A DNA stretch of 64,000 nt. It comes from Hypanus sabinus. Its lineage: Eukaryota. The notes beneath the pieces are model-generated. The model ran no database searches. It saw only the letters and a program-made list of their open reading frames with translations, and was not told where the DNA came from. Below, one piece after another: positions 21,810 to 34,149 of this stretch. Location of the stretch: the NCBI RefSeq assembly GCF_030144855.1, contig NC_082731.1, positions 24,428,001-24,492,000 of the forward strand, read 5' to 3'. Each line of letters opens with the position of its first letter. The first letter of the stretch is position 1. A program made the position numbers and the translations under genes.

Positions 21810-24110
21810 CGGAACAACATCGAGGGCTGTAGTAAGGAGCAGCTGCAGCACATCAATCGTGTTGGGGAACTGGAACTGGAGCTGCATGAACGTCGTACAT
21901 TCGGGAGGCAGAGGCAGAAATGGACAAGGGTTTCAGGGAGATATTCACCCTTTTGAGTCAGGAGACAGGGTGACTGTCAGGAGTGAGAAGGGGAACTGTG
22001 AGGAAGAGCAAAGCACCCCTGTGGCTGTTTCTGTAAACTATAAGTATACCGTTTTGGATATAGTAGGTGGGGACGACATAGCAGGGAAAAGTTGCAGTGG
22101 TTGCGTCTTTGGCACTGCGAAAGAACACTCAGCTCTGAAGTGAAGAAGGGAAAAGAGGATAGCAGCAGTGATAGGGAATTCGATAGTTAGAGGGACAGAT
22201 AGGACGTTCTGTGGAAGAGATCGAGAATGCCGGATGGCCTGTTGCCTCCCTGGTCACAGTGTCCACTATATCTCGGATCGAGGTCTCAGTATTCTCAAGG
22301 GGAAGTGTGAGCAGCCGGATATCGTGGTCCATGTAGGACCACGTCCTACAATGACGTGGGTAGGAAGAGTGAGGAGGTCCTGAAAGGTGATCTTAGGGAG
22401 CTAGCTGCCATGTTAAAGACCAGGACCTCCGGGATAGCAATCTTAGGATTGCTACCAGTGCCACGTACACGTGGGTTTATAAATAGTAAAATAGTGTAGA
22501 TCAACAAGTGACTTAAGACATTGTGCAGGAGGCAGGGCTTCAGATTTATAGATAATTTGGGGAGGTTTCCAGGGAAGGTGGAACCTGTTCCGGAGGGACG
22601 GTGTACATCCGAATTGGAGGGGAAATAATATTCTAGCAGGTTGGTTTGCTACAGGGGCTCCGGTGGATTTAAACTATATACGGCGGCGGGGGGAGTGGAA
22701 CCAGAATGTAGTAAATAATGTATGGGCGAAGGAAGAAAAATAAGACAGTAAAGTTCTTTGTACTGTTAGAGATAAACAGAGCCGAAGAGTTGCAGAATTT
22801 CTTAACTGCATTTATTTTAATGCGAGGAGCATTGCAGGAAAGGTGGATGAGCTTAGAAAATGGATTGATACCTGGAAATATGATGTTCTTCCTATTAGTG
22901 AAATATGGTTGCAAGAGGTGTGTGATTTGCAAATAAATATTCCTGGATTTCTTTGCTCGGGTGTGATAGAATCGGAGGGACAAGACGGGGAAGTGTTGCG
23001 TTGCTTGTCACCGAAAATATCACAGCAAAGCTCTGGCAGGATAGATTAGGATTAGGATAGATTCATCTAGGGGGATTCTTTGGAAGGATTTGAGAAATGG
23101 GAATGGTTTAAGAATACTTTTAGGGGTGTATTATTGACCACCAAATGGGGAGGGAGAATTGGAGGAACAAATTTGCAAGGTGATCGCAGATATTTGTAGT
23201 AACCACTAGGTTGCAATTGTGGGATAATCTAATTTTCCAGACATAGACTGGGAAGACCATACTGTAAAAGGGATAGATGGTTTCTAAAGGGGGAGATCAA
23301 TGTGTTGGTAGATTGGGAACATGACGTTGGTGCTGAATTAAAGGAGGAGGAATTTCCAAGCTACCAACAAGATGTTTTTTTTTTTTTCAGAGCAACTTGT
23401 GGTTGGACCCACGAAAGCATCAGCTACTTTGTATTGTCTTCTATGCTACGAACCAGAATTGAATGTATTATTAAAGAAAAAATCGCTGTTCGGGGCAATT
23501 GATCATAATACTGTAGAGATTGCCCTGACATTTGAGAAGGAGAGTTTCAAACTAGATGGGTGATTATACCAGTGCAGCAGACGGAATTACAAAGGCGTAA
23601 GTGTGAAATTGGGCAGAAATGGTTGGAAAAGAAGACTGGTAGATGTATCGACAGAGCAGCAAAGGTTGTAAGTTCCCGCAACAATCAGGAAGAAACAGGA
23701 TATAGACATACCAATGAGGAAGATGTACTCTGAAGAAAAGATAAAACTTCCGAGTTAAAAATGAGAAATCAAAATTAACGTAAAAGTATAAGCGAGGCCA
23801 GGTAATAGGGTAAAAGACACAGTATCTCGGTACAAAACTTCAACTGTGCTTCTTCCAGTAGCTGCCCTTTGGTGTGCTGCCTTCCAACAGAGTTTTACGT
23901 GTGTTGCTTGAATTTTCAGCATATACAGATTTCTTCGTGTTTGCGCTTCTAACAGGGTAAAGCTGGTTTGAGAACAGATGATTGGATAGTGTTTCTATCT
24001 CAACTAAAAAGCAAATATAACGTTATCAATAAAAATAGTCAAGGTTGCGAAAGGAAGTTGGCCAATCAGGTTAGGGAAGATATGAACAATTTCTGGAAAT
24101 GCAAGTGTGG
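21810..24110 (+). mobile_element. CR1 5' portion (ORF1 zipper + SGNH esterase, ORF2 endonuclease), decayed
   Basis: PVAVSVNYKYTVLDIVGGDD, IGNSIVRGTDRTFCGRDRE..CCLPG..VVHVG; endonuclease remnant DELRKWIDTWKYDVLPISEIWLQ. Confidence 0.85.
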
Positions 24111-24499
24111 ATATCAAAGTGCTGTTTATCGAAGAGATTCAGAATAGAATTCACTGCGTCACTAAATTAAAATAAAACTTAATTATTCCATTTAATTTCA
24201 CATCACAAAGGCCACAGCCGCTGCAACGCATTGATATCTATTTAATATGTTCAGGAATTTTTCGAGGAATTCTTTTGAATATGTCTATGTGGCGATATTC
24301 CTTTGCTGGAAACTGCACAGTGTTTTACCATATGTTTACCGCTTCAAGTTACAGAGTGCATCAAGTGGTGTCACTTACGTGAGATTCTCTGAGTGATGAA
24401 CTCAATAAAATATTCCGCATTCTGCAGCTGAGTGGCGGCTAGATACTGTAAATAGTATTCTAGATATATTGCTTGGAATTAATGAGTCATGCTTCACAT

Positions 24500-26900
24500 T
24501 ATATCGATGCCGATGATAAAGACAATGTTAACCATCTTCTTTCAAAATATGTGAACATTTAAGCATCTACCTCTATGAAAGTGCAGAAAAAAAGCTCTGA
24601 ACAGGTTAAAGTTTGGGATTTTTTGAAATCTAAATCCCAAGGAAAGTAAGTGATAAGGGATCAAATCGAAAAGTGGCACCAAGGCGAACACGTTTTACAC
24701 ATGGAACGATTATAAGCGACACATCGTCCGAGAGGTGGACTGACCAAAATGAGAAGTTTTTCTTTTTTTTTGTTTTTATGGACTTTCGTATGTTTGAGCC
24801 TTCCTCGATGAGTGCCTACCGGATATTCTGCATGTAATTTCAATATTTCTTCTGTTGTTGCAAGACAACGTGCCATGCAGACATGATAGCAGTTCTGTAC
24901 GGCCTGTCTCAAGAAATTGAAATAACCAAACGTGAAGTAACTTCAAATCATTGCACCATTATTATAAATAGCATTGGACATTTTCTCCATAAGGACATGG
25001 TTCCAAACAGTTACTTGCACGGTATGGTTACATTTATGATTTAAGTACGGTTAAAGGTATATATTAAGAAAGATCAAATATTTAGATGGGGAACTTCATC
25101 GAAGCAAGGAAACTGAAGCAGCAATAGTTCGTACGACAGTTTGCGGCTCACCCTTTCCAGAATTGAATCATGGCCAATCGTAGAAATTACATTCAGTATT
25201 CCTGCTCTTCCAGATACCATTCTGGAGAAACATTTTCATCCCACTACTTTAATAATCTACTTATTGACGCGATACTTGATTTTGTTCCCTGTCCAGTACA
25301 CGCCTGTCACTCCACAGCGGCCAGTGGTCGCCAACGTCAGAAAGCTGGCATGATTTCTTTTTTAATCAGAGCGATCAATGTGGCTAACATTGTGACTGTT
25401 ATTTGGAGCGCAACGTGAGTATCGGGGCAGATTCTGTAGTTGTTAGGAATGGCCTTGGCAGATATTCTTCCACTGGTGGTTGAGCTGAAAGAAACTTGTT
25501 TTTTAAGCACAGACTGGACAGCTGTTTCCGTTCAGTTACATTGTCAAAGTCTGTTAGTGCTGGACAGTGAAATATTATATCCTTGTGACGGAAGACGGTA
25601 AAATGTGGAGTGATTGAGTATTGATATGAAGTGTATTTACCCATTAATTTAAGTTGAATTATAAACAGTTATATACTGAAAATGAATGAATTTCATTTGG
25701 TTGTGTGATACTTCGTTTGGAATCAGCAAATGGAATTACTTTGGACGATACCACAGATTAGATTGGATGGTATCAATTGAGCGATAGGATAGCTTAGAGC
25801 CCGCTGATTTATTCTTATGTTCCATTTCCTCAGCCATAGCCATGGCACAACATGTGGTTGAAAGACTTCCCTTTAAGATTGCAAAACAACAGAATGTTAA
25901 ATGTAAACTTATCTTCCATATATTGCATTCGTCACTTCTACAATAACTGACCGTTTATTTTTTCCATAAGCATTTCACATTCAAATGCGATTGCACGCGA
26001 AATGTATCAAGAACATATTGGCGCTTATTGGAATTTTTGCAGTTAATTCCACTTCGGTGCACATGTAATCTGCATCTCCCATTGAATTTCTGTGGCCGCA
26101 GTCCAACATTTGACTTTGCAGATATAACTGAAAGGAAACACCTGTGTGTCCCATAAAATGAAAAACAAACTGGTTCCAGTCGGCTGCTCAGAGACAGAAA
26201 ATTAATGGTTATGAATAGAACAGTATGAGATCAACAGCATCCCAGCAACAGGACTCACATACTGTCAGAAAATTGTCTTATTGGTGATGCGGTGCTGTAT
26301 TCAGATTTAATCCAAATTTGGGTTTATCCTTCACAGATTAAATTGAGAGCTGGAAAACAACTGGGATTCAGACATGGAACATTAGTACTTCTTCCCTCCA
26401 ATTAATGTCTCAGGTTCTCACAACAGCTCGCAACTCGCAAACTGACTCAGTGGAGATATGGTGAATGAATATCCCTGAAAACAACTCTCTGAATGCAGTA
26501 GTCTATTTTTTTTTTCATATTGGCAGGAGAACTCGACAGAATGCTTCCCATCAGCATGCATTTCACAGCAAGAAAATATAGGAATTTGGATTAACAGGGC
26601 AATATTGATATAAGAGCAGTGAAACGATATGTCGCAGCTACGCTCCATCAGAGCTGATAACACATTCAGTATTGTACGCATACGTGGAATAGTACCAAAA
26701 TGTGAGTCCCCACTCGCATGTTAACGCCTGTACAGACAGAATGATATTTTTGCACGAAAAATGTATGTCCATTTGATCATTAGATTAGCATTCTCGAAAC
26801 ATCCAATCCGGTCAAATGGAAGACAGTGTCATTACTGATGGAACAGAAAGGGACCATCAATAATGCACCCCACTCTTAAAAACGCCAGAGCAATCAGAAC
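24500..26900 (-). mobile_element. Highly decayed L2-like LINE fragments
   Basis: Minus-strand ORF remnants FRHKDIIFHC..KNKFLS (25399-25644) and FHCSYINIALLIQIP (26418-26681) loosely resemble L2 RT motifs. Confidence 0.35.
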
Positions 26901-29526
26901 CCTTGATTCTTAACATGGAAATTCAACAACATCTTCACATTGATTGTTCAGTAATGGCTATGCCTGAACACAATTTCAAAATCATTTGACCATGTCCAAT
27001 AAATCTCACAGGTAATACAATATAATTTTTAATGCACAATAGAATTCAAAATCTCTCCTTTTAAAGACAACCACACAACAAAGAACACAATTCATTCAGG
27101 TTGAGATTATTGCAATGAGATCTCCAAAAAATGTGATTACATTGTATCATCTGATCCTGCCTTTCCATAACCTTATTGCAATGCTTGAGAATAAAACGTT
27201 TCTATTATATAATCAGATCTAAGAACACTTCATCGTGAACCAAATTTTAGATATTTGGTTTTCTCTGTTCTTGCCTCTGATCCAGAACAATGTGGAGAGT
27301 ATGATGTTAGTGCTTAGAGTATTATCATGCATTTGGAAATAAATGAGAAGGTTGTGCTTGGTATCTTGAAGGGGATTGATGGCGATGTATTCAGATGCAG
27401 TTCCTCGAGAATGTACTGACGATAATTACTATAGAGTGTATTTAAGAAAAAAATAAAAATTATTTACTGATTAATAAGAGCCGGCTGTAGTCCAGCTAAG
27501 AGGAAGTTTGCAGTCCAAGCACCTTATTTTCAGAAGAGTTATGTTGTTGTTGTGGTTGTCGTTGTTCCGGTTGTTGTTGTTGTTGGGTAAGGATATGTGC
27601 TGGGACCTCTGTTAGTTGTGATATAGATAAATTATGAAAAAATAACATTTGAATGGGCTGTTTGGTATGCTTGGTGAAGATACGAAATTTGTTGACGTTG
27701 TTCATAGCTTAGACAACTCGTTAAACCACAGGGGAGAATTGTACTGTTGTAGATATGGGTGGTAAAATGACAATTCCATTCAGCCCTGCCAATTTTGTAG
27801 TACTGCAGCTTGTAAGTCAAACGTAGAGATAAAATACACTAATAAGTTCACTGCCGTCCATAGTTCAGGTTAGCAGAAGGACTTGCCGTGCACTAATATA
27901 GCTCTCTAAGAGTAGATACACAATTTGAAAGGGTGGTTCAGAAGACATATGGCATGCTTGCATTCTTTACCCGAGGCATGGAGTTCAGAAGCCATGAAAC
28001 TATGGGAAGGTTCTAGTTCAGAATATTTGAAGCATTCCGTAATGTTCTTTTAACACCATTATGAAAAGTGCTTCGAATATTTGCAAAGGTGCACATGGGT
28101 AAAGGGTGTTGATGGATTCTGCTTGTATTTTATTGCAGTTGGTACAATGAAAGAGTCAATGCAGTTTGGTTATTTTCCCTGGAGTGCATCATGTGCTGAA
28201 GACGTACAGCGGTTTATGATAGCACGACATGATTAGTTAAATTCAGCCAACACTATATGTCCCCTTATTTTATAACTAATACAAGAGAACGTTGAATGTG
28301 GGAAACGGTAATAAGGAAAGCGATGTGAGGGATGGATTTACCAATCTATCTTTTCATTTGTTTATATATTTTTGTGGTTATCTGTTTGTTTTTTTTTTGC
28401 TAGTATTTTATACATGCATTCAGTCTTTCGTTTATTCGTTTATGTATGTATGCATGCATGTATTTGTCTATTTAGTCATTTATTTATTTAATTGTTTTTT
28501 TCATACTTGCTAGATGGACAATAGCAACTTTCTTCGTGCTCGTAGCAGCTGTATAACTGAACGCGTCACCATCTTAACGGAATGATTCTATCACCATTGT
28601 ACCCATAGTATACATATAGATGCAGAACGCCTGTCATAAACTCTCACATACTCTGTTCAAGATCTACAAATTAGGATGATATATTTATGTTATTATTACT
28701 GCTATTGCTACCTATTTTAATACCTGCAGCTGACAGAATGATATCTGAAAAATGAATCATTACTGCTACACAGTTTGAACATTTGCATATTTTGTCTCTA
28801 AATGCGCTAAGCATTGATGGGGAAATTTTGTTTCTAAACTGTTGCTCTGCATTCTAAACTGGGAATTTTATTTCTGACAGTATTTATATCAGCGCCAACC
28901 GCGAGTCCATCTGCGTTCACTATAGATTTTAGCAGATTAAATAAGCTAATTATTCAATTCACACTCAATTCAAACACATATGCTTGTTTGTATTTTTTAA
29001 ATGAATAATTATGCAACATGATTTGAGATTTCATGGGTATTAACACCAGCCTTGGCAAACATCATAATCTATCACATGCAACAAACTGGATACCAAATAC
29101 CACTTCAGTTCTGCTAATTCTTCAGATTAGCGAAATCTTGTGCAATAATGCAGTGTCTGAAATATTTTCGTTATTCGAAAACATCAAACATTCCGCATAT
29201 ATACAGCAAACACACGTAAGCAGGAGGAACAGGTTGAGAAAACATACGATGTAAAACGCGATAACCTTGCACAATGCAGTTGAGCAACGTACTCCCGGTT
29301 TTTATCTTACATACTTAATTCGTGTCACGGTTTCACTTAAGTTAAGCTTGTCTGATCCTGCGAAATTGGCACAGCGCGCACCAGCGTTCAGTATTCTGCA
29401 ATGACTTGGAAGTGCACAAGTTGTAACAACTCATTAAAGAGCAAGATCTAATTTATCTGGCCCATTCCTGCTGAAGCATTTGAAGATTGTCAACATTCAG
29501 TCCGTGACAACGTAGATTTGAAGTTT

Positions 29527-30883
29527 AAAGTTGTCTTCGGTCAGTTGGATAACTATTTATTTAAGAATGTGAATTGTCAGAATATTAGTAGAAGAATGAT
29601 TTATTTCATCATTTATTTCATTCATAACATTTCCAGTGGGTTGGAGGTTTACATGAACATTTTTTTTAGTAATTGGGAGCATGCTCCTTTTTGAAACTTT
29701 GGTCAAACGCTTTGCCTGCCTTTCACAATCTTCTCACAATAAGTTGCTGGAATTTTGTTACATATCTCCAGACAGAAATGATGTAACCGAATCAGTTTTG
29801 TAGGCCTCCTTGCTTACACCTGGTTTTTCAGTTCAGCTCACAAAATTTCTAACGGATTGATTTCAGTGTTTTATGATGGCCACTCCAATACCTTGTCTTG
29901 GTTGTTCTTAAGCAATTTGGCCTCAATTTTGGAGGTATGCTTGGGATCATTATCGATTTGGAAGACTTATCTGAGAGCCAGCTTTAACTTCCTGGCAGAT
30001 GTCTTGAGATTTTGCTTCAATATATCAACATAATTTTCCTTCCTCATGATGCCATTCATTTTGTGAAGTACACCAATCCCTCCTGTAGCAAAGCACCCCA
30101 ACAACATGATGCTGCCTCCCCAGGCATCTCGGTTAGGATGTTGATCTTCGGCTTGCAATCCACAGAAATTTTCCTCCAAACATAGCGATGGTCTTTATGT
30201 CAAAATAGTTCAATTTTCCTTTAATCTGACAAGAGGAAATTTCTCCAAAGAGGAAGATCTTCGTTCTCACGTGAACTTGTTTTTATTTGTGCGATTTTGC
30301 CTCAGTGGGTTCTGACTTTCTGGGCAGTTGTTCAGGTTTTGTCGATATAGAACTCGTTTTACTATGGTTTTAGATATTTGTCCACATGTTTCCTCCAGCA
30401 TCTTCACAGGGTCCTTTGCAGCTCCTCTGGGATTGATTTGCACTTTTCGCGCAAAGTAAGTTCATCTCTAGCAGACAGAATATGTGTCTCTTTCCTGAGC
30501 GATAAGACGGCTGATTGATCCCATGGTGTTGATACTTGCGTACTGTTGTTTATATAGATGACCGTGTTACTTTCAGTCGTTTGGAAGATGTTCCCAAGGG
30601 TGAACCAGATTTGTGGAGGTCAACATTTCTTTCTGAGGGCTTGGTTGATTTATTTTGGTTTTGTGTGTAAATTTCTGACCCACTGAAGTTATGGTGTAGT
30701 CTATTAAAAGCGAAATAATCTGTGTCTAAACAGTTGTTGGAAAATTACTTGTGTCATGCACAAAGTAGATGTTCTCAAAGTCTGGCCAGAACTATAGTTA
30801 GCCAATATGAAATCTGTGGAGTGGCTAAACAAGGAGTTATAATGACTTCGACCTAAGTGTATTTTAACTTCTGATTTCAACTG
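29527..30883 (-). mobile_element. Tc1 IR/DR transposon relic closely resembling Sleeping Beauty (salmonid-type Tc1); transposase pseudogene
   Basis: Left end (minus) CAGTTGAAATCAGAAGTTAAAATACACTTAGG at 30883; inner DRs at ~30664-30685 and ~29633-29658. Peptide remnants VDLHKSGSPLGTSSKRLKVTRSS, GGSIMLLGCFATGGIGVLHKMNGIMRKENYVDILKQNLKTSARKLKL and [10 protein letters not shown]. Stops and frameshifts; start codon region deleted. Confidence 0.88.
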
Positions 30884-31019
30884 AAACATTTGCATGGTAA
30901 CATCGGTTTATTTCACATCCCAAAGGCGTACAGGATAGACATTCAATGTTGGCGCTGGAAATCTGGGAGGATTGGTAATGCGTGGAGAGCGCAGACGACT
31001 CATCAAAAACTCAGTAGAA

Positions 31020-31510
31020 ACTGCCGCAGGTATGGGCGGTAAAGTGACTATTGCATTTCACTCTTTTTACTGGATACTTATTCTTCTTGGTAAGGAAGTC
31101 GTAAAGATAGGATACACTGCTAAGTTCGGTAACCTGAATAGTGCTGCTGGGCCGAAGGACCTTGTAGTGCAGGTTCATAACTACATGAATATAGCTGCAT
31201 AGCTGGATGGTGTAGTTAAGGAGACAACTGGCATGCTTTCAGTTATTAGTCGTGGCACGTATTTCTAAAGACAGGAAGCTATTTTGCTGTTTTAGAAGTC
31301 TTCTGGTCGGAGCATTTGGAATGTTGTATAATTTTCTGATCACAGCAATGTGGAAAATACTTCGGGGATTTTGCGATGTGCAAAAGGTTTCGCGAGAATG
31401 CTGCCTATGTTTGAAGGCATGTGATATAACGAGAGGTTCGATACGTTTCGGATATTCTCCCTGGAGTGGTGGATGATGGTGGTAGATGTATAGAATTTTG
31501 TAAGTTCATC
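31020..31510 (+). mobile_element. Old CR1 3' fragment
   Basis: Decayed ..gacaactggcatgctttcagttattagtcgtggcac..ctggtcggagcatttggaatgttgt.. pattern of the CR1 RT C-terminus. Confidence 0.55.
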
Positions 31511-34149
31511 ACAAGATTAGAAAATAAAAAAGACGAAGAACAACATATTATCCATAGTTGTTATTGTTGTTGTTTTGTGTTTTTGTATCAAATATGAGAT
31601 GGCATGCATTTAATGTGGTGCTGGATAATTATCATTATTCTTAATTAAATATGGATTCGGGAGTACATTTCCCATAGTGGTCTGTTTGGGGGTGGTGGTA
31701 GTGCTCTTCTGACAGATCATTAGCACAGATCACGACCAACGACAACTCATTCAGTTTCTTACCAGAGACATATTTTAATCGTGAGAAACACATCAAAGGT
31801 GGATGACAACAACGCTCATAGACTCTGGTCAGATCAGCAGTTCAGACCACGATTTAATTTATATGACGATGATGATAATTATTGTTAATTTTATTATTGC
31901 TTCAGTATCTCTGTAGAAACCAGTTCTCAGAAGAAAAATAAAGAAGAACAATTTAGTCGATAACTGGACATATATACATAGAGCGAGTGTTAAATGCAAT
32001 TGCACTGGAACCGTAATCGATATCTTCCGATCCCCTGCGATTGCGGGGGAATATAACAGACACAGAATGACCCTGAATAATATTTCTATTTTAATATTCT
32101 CTAGCTGACAGAACCATAGCTGATAGATTAACCATTACTGCTGGATCGGTTGAAAATTTGCATTATTCTCTCTGAAAATATGTTATGCGTCGGTGGGGAC
32201 AAATTTGTTCCGTTTCTGTCCCTCTACTTTCTAATCTGGGACTTGAATTTCTGAGATTAGTTATATCAACGCCGACCTCGAGAACATCTGTGATTACTAC
32301 AAAAAAATGATACTTTAATAAGCCGCTTATAAAATTCCAGGAAGTTATTTTTTGAATGATTATCATCAGCTTGTGCAACATTCACTCAGATTTCTTGGGC
32401 TGTATTATCAATCTTTCCAAACATTGCAATTTATCACTTGCAACCAACTGGATGTCAGATGACATTTTTTAACTGAAAATTCCACAAAATATCGGAAACG
32501 TGAGCTATTCTGCAGTGTGGACAATTTGCTCCTAATCCGTAAAAAGCATGTCCTTATCATATGCGCTACAAATGCTCGTGGTTTGGAATGGTTTAATTTA
32601 GATTAAGGCCGATCTATCATGATGATATGGCATAGTAGCGCACCAGACTGCACAACGTTCAACATCCTCACATGACATGGCAGCGCACGTTCAAAACAAA
32701 GCATTAACACGCTAGTTCTGCATTGGGGTTCCATTTCCGCTGATGCCTGTTATGACTTTGTACGTTCTCCACGTGGCCAATTGGTATTCGTCGGGAATGT
32801 CGATTTTTTACATATTCAAAAAAATGGCATGAAAAGCACTAATTAAGTATTTTAGGACTCGTTTTTCCTTGGAACGTAGAAGAAAAAAACATAAAGGACA
32901 TGCCATAACAGTATATAGATTTATGAGGAGTGAGCAATGGGTACATGCAACAGCATTTTTACTGAGTTTATGTGGGACAAAAGATGGAGTCAAAAATTGA
33001 AAATGGAACATAAAGGCAATCTTCTTCAATCCGAGCTTCACGGGCATGTGGAACGAGTTGCCAGCATAACTGGTGTATTTGAGCTCTATTTTAACATTTA
33101 ATCAGAGCTTGGATAGTACGTGGATGGGAGTGGTAGGGAGACAATGGCCCAGTTGCAGGTCAATTGGAGTAGTCCTTTAAATAATCACAACATTGTTCAG
33201 ATGGTCTAAAGTGCTTGTTTTTGTGCTGTGCTCTTTCATGACTTATGTCCGACTATCGTATTGATATAAAAACGTTTCCAATCATTGATTTCGATTCTGT
33301 GTTTCCACACTTTAACCTTTCTTCATTCAAGTAATGTATCTATACACAGACATAAGTTTTCTTTTGTATTAAACTTGACACTGTTTCCCGACATAATAGG
33401 AAATTTTATTTTGTCTACATATTACTGTGACTGAGCTTTCAAAAACGTTCTCATTGATTGTCTTACTTTGGATTACAAACGACATTCAAATATCATTTTG
33501 ATTTCCAATAACAGCAACAAAGAGACATCGCCCTCTTTTTGGTGGTTTTCTTCCCCCTTTTTTTTGTTTCCAGTCTGGTGTTGGACTGGATAAATCTCAA
33601 CAAACTAAGGGGAATATTTTTACAGCTCTGTATTGGGTTTCATTCCTTTTTATGCAAGTTATTTCACTAAATAGCAATTATATCCCATTCGTATGATGGA
33701 GTGCGAGTGGCATTTTTAATAATTACATCTTACATGCCCGCTAAGTTTCAAACATTTGCTGCTGTAAAGAATTTTTATTATTTTGTTGAATAAGCAATAT
33801 TATATTCACGAACAATTCAGATGATCCCTATATCTACTACCCACCCATCCGCTCCCCCACCCCACACGTATTGTCTGCTGATCTGTGCAGGAGTTCGAAC
33901 TTTAAAATGAATTTGATAATCAATGTTTATGAAGGCTTATATGGCCTTTTTTATATTTTGTTATACATGACGGAAAATGTGTCACTACCCATTTAATGTC
34001 AAGTGGCAGATGCTAGAGATTACCACAGTGGCTTCCACCTTAACAATAAGTACTTCTGTTTGAGTACTGTTTCAAGAGGCGGCCTACCTATGTGAAGTAA
34101 CAGTTTCCGCGCCTCTGGCACAGAGTTTAGCTCTATAGCTCAGAGGAGT

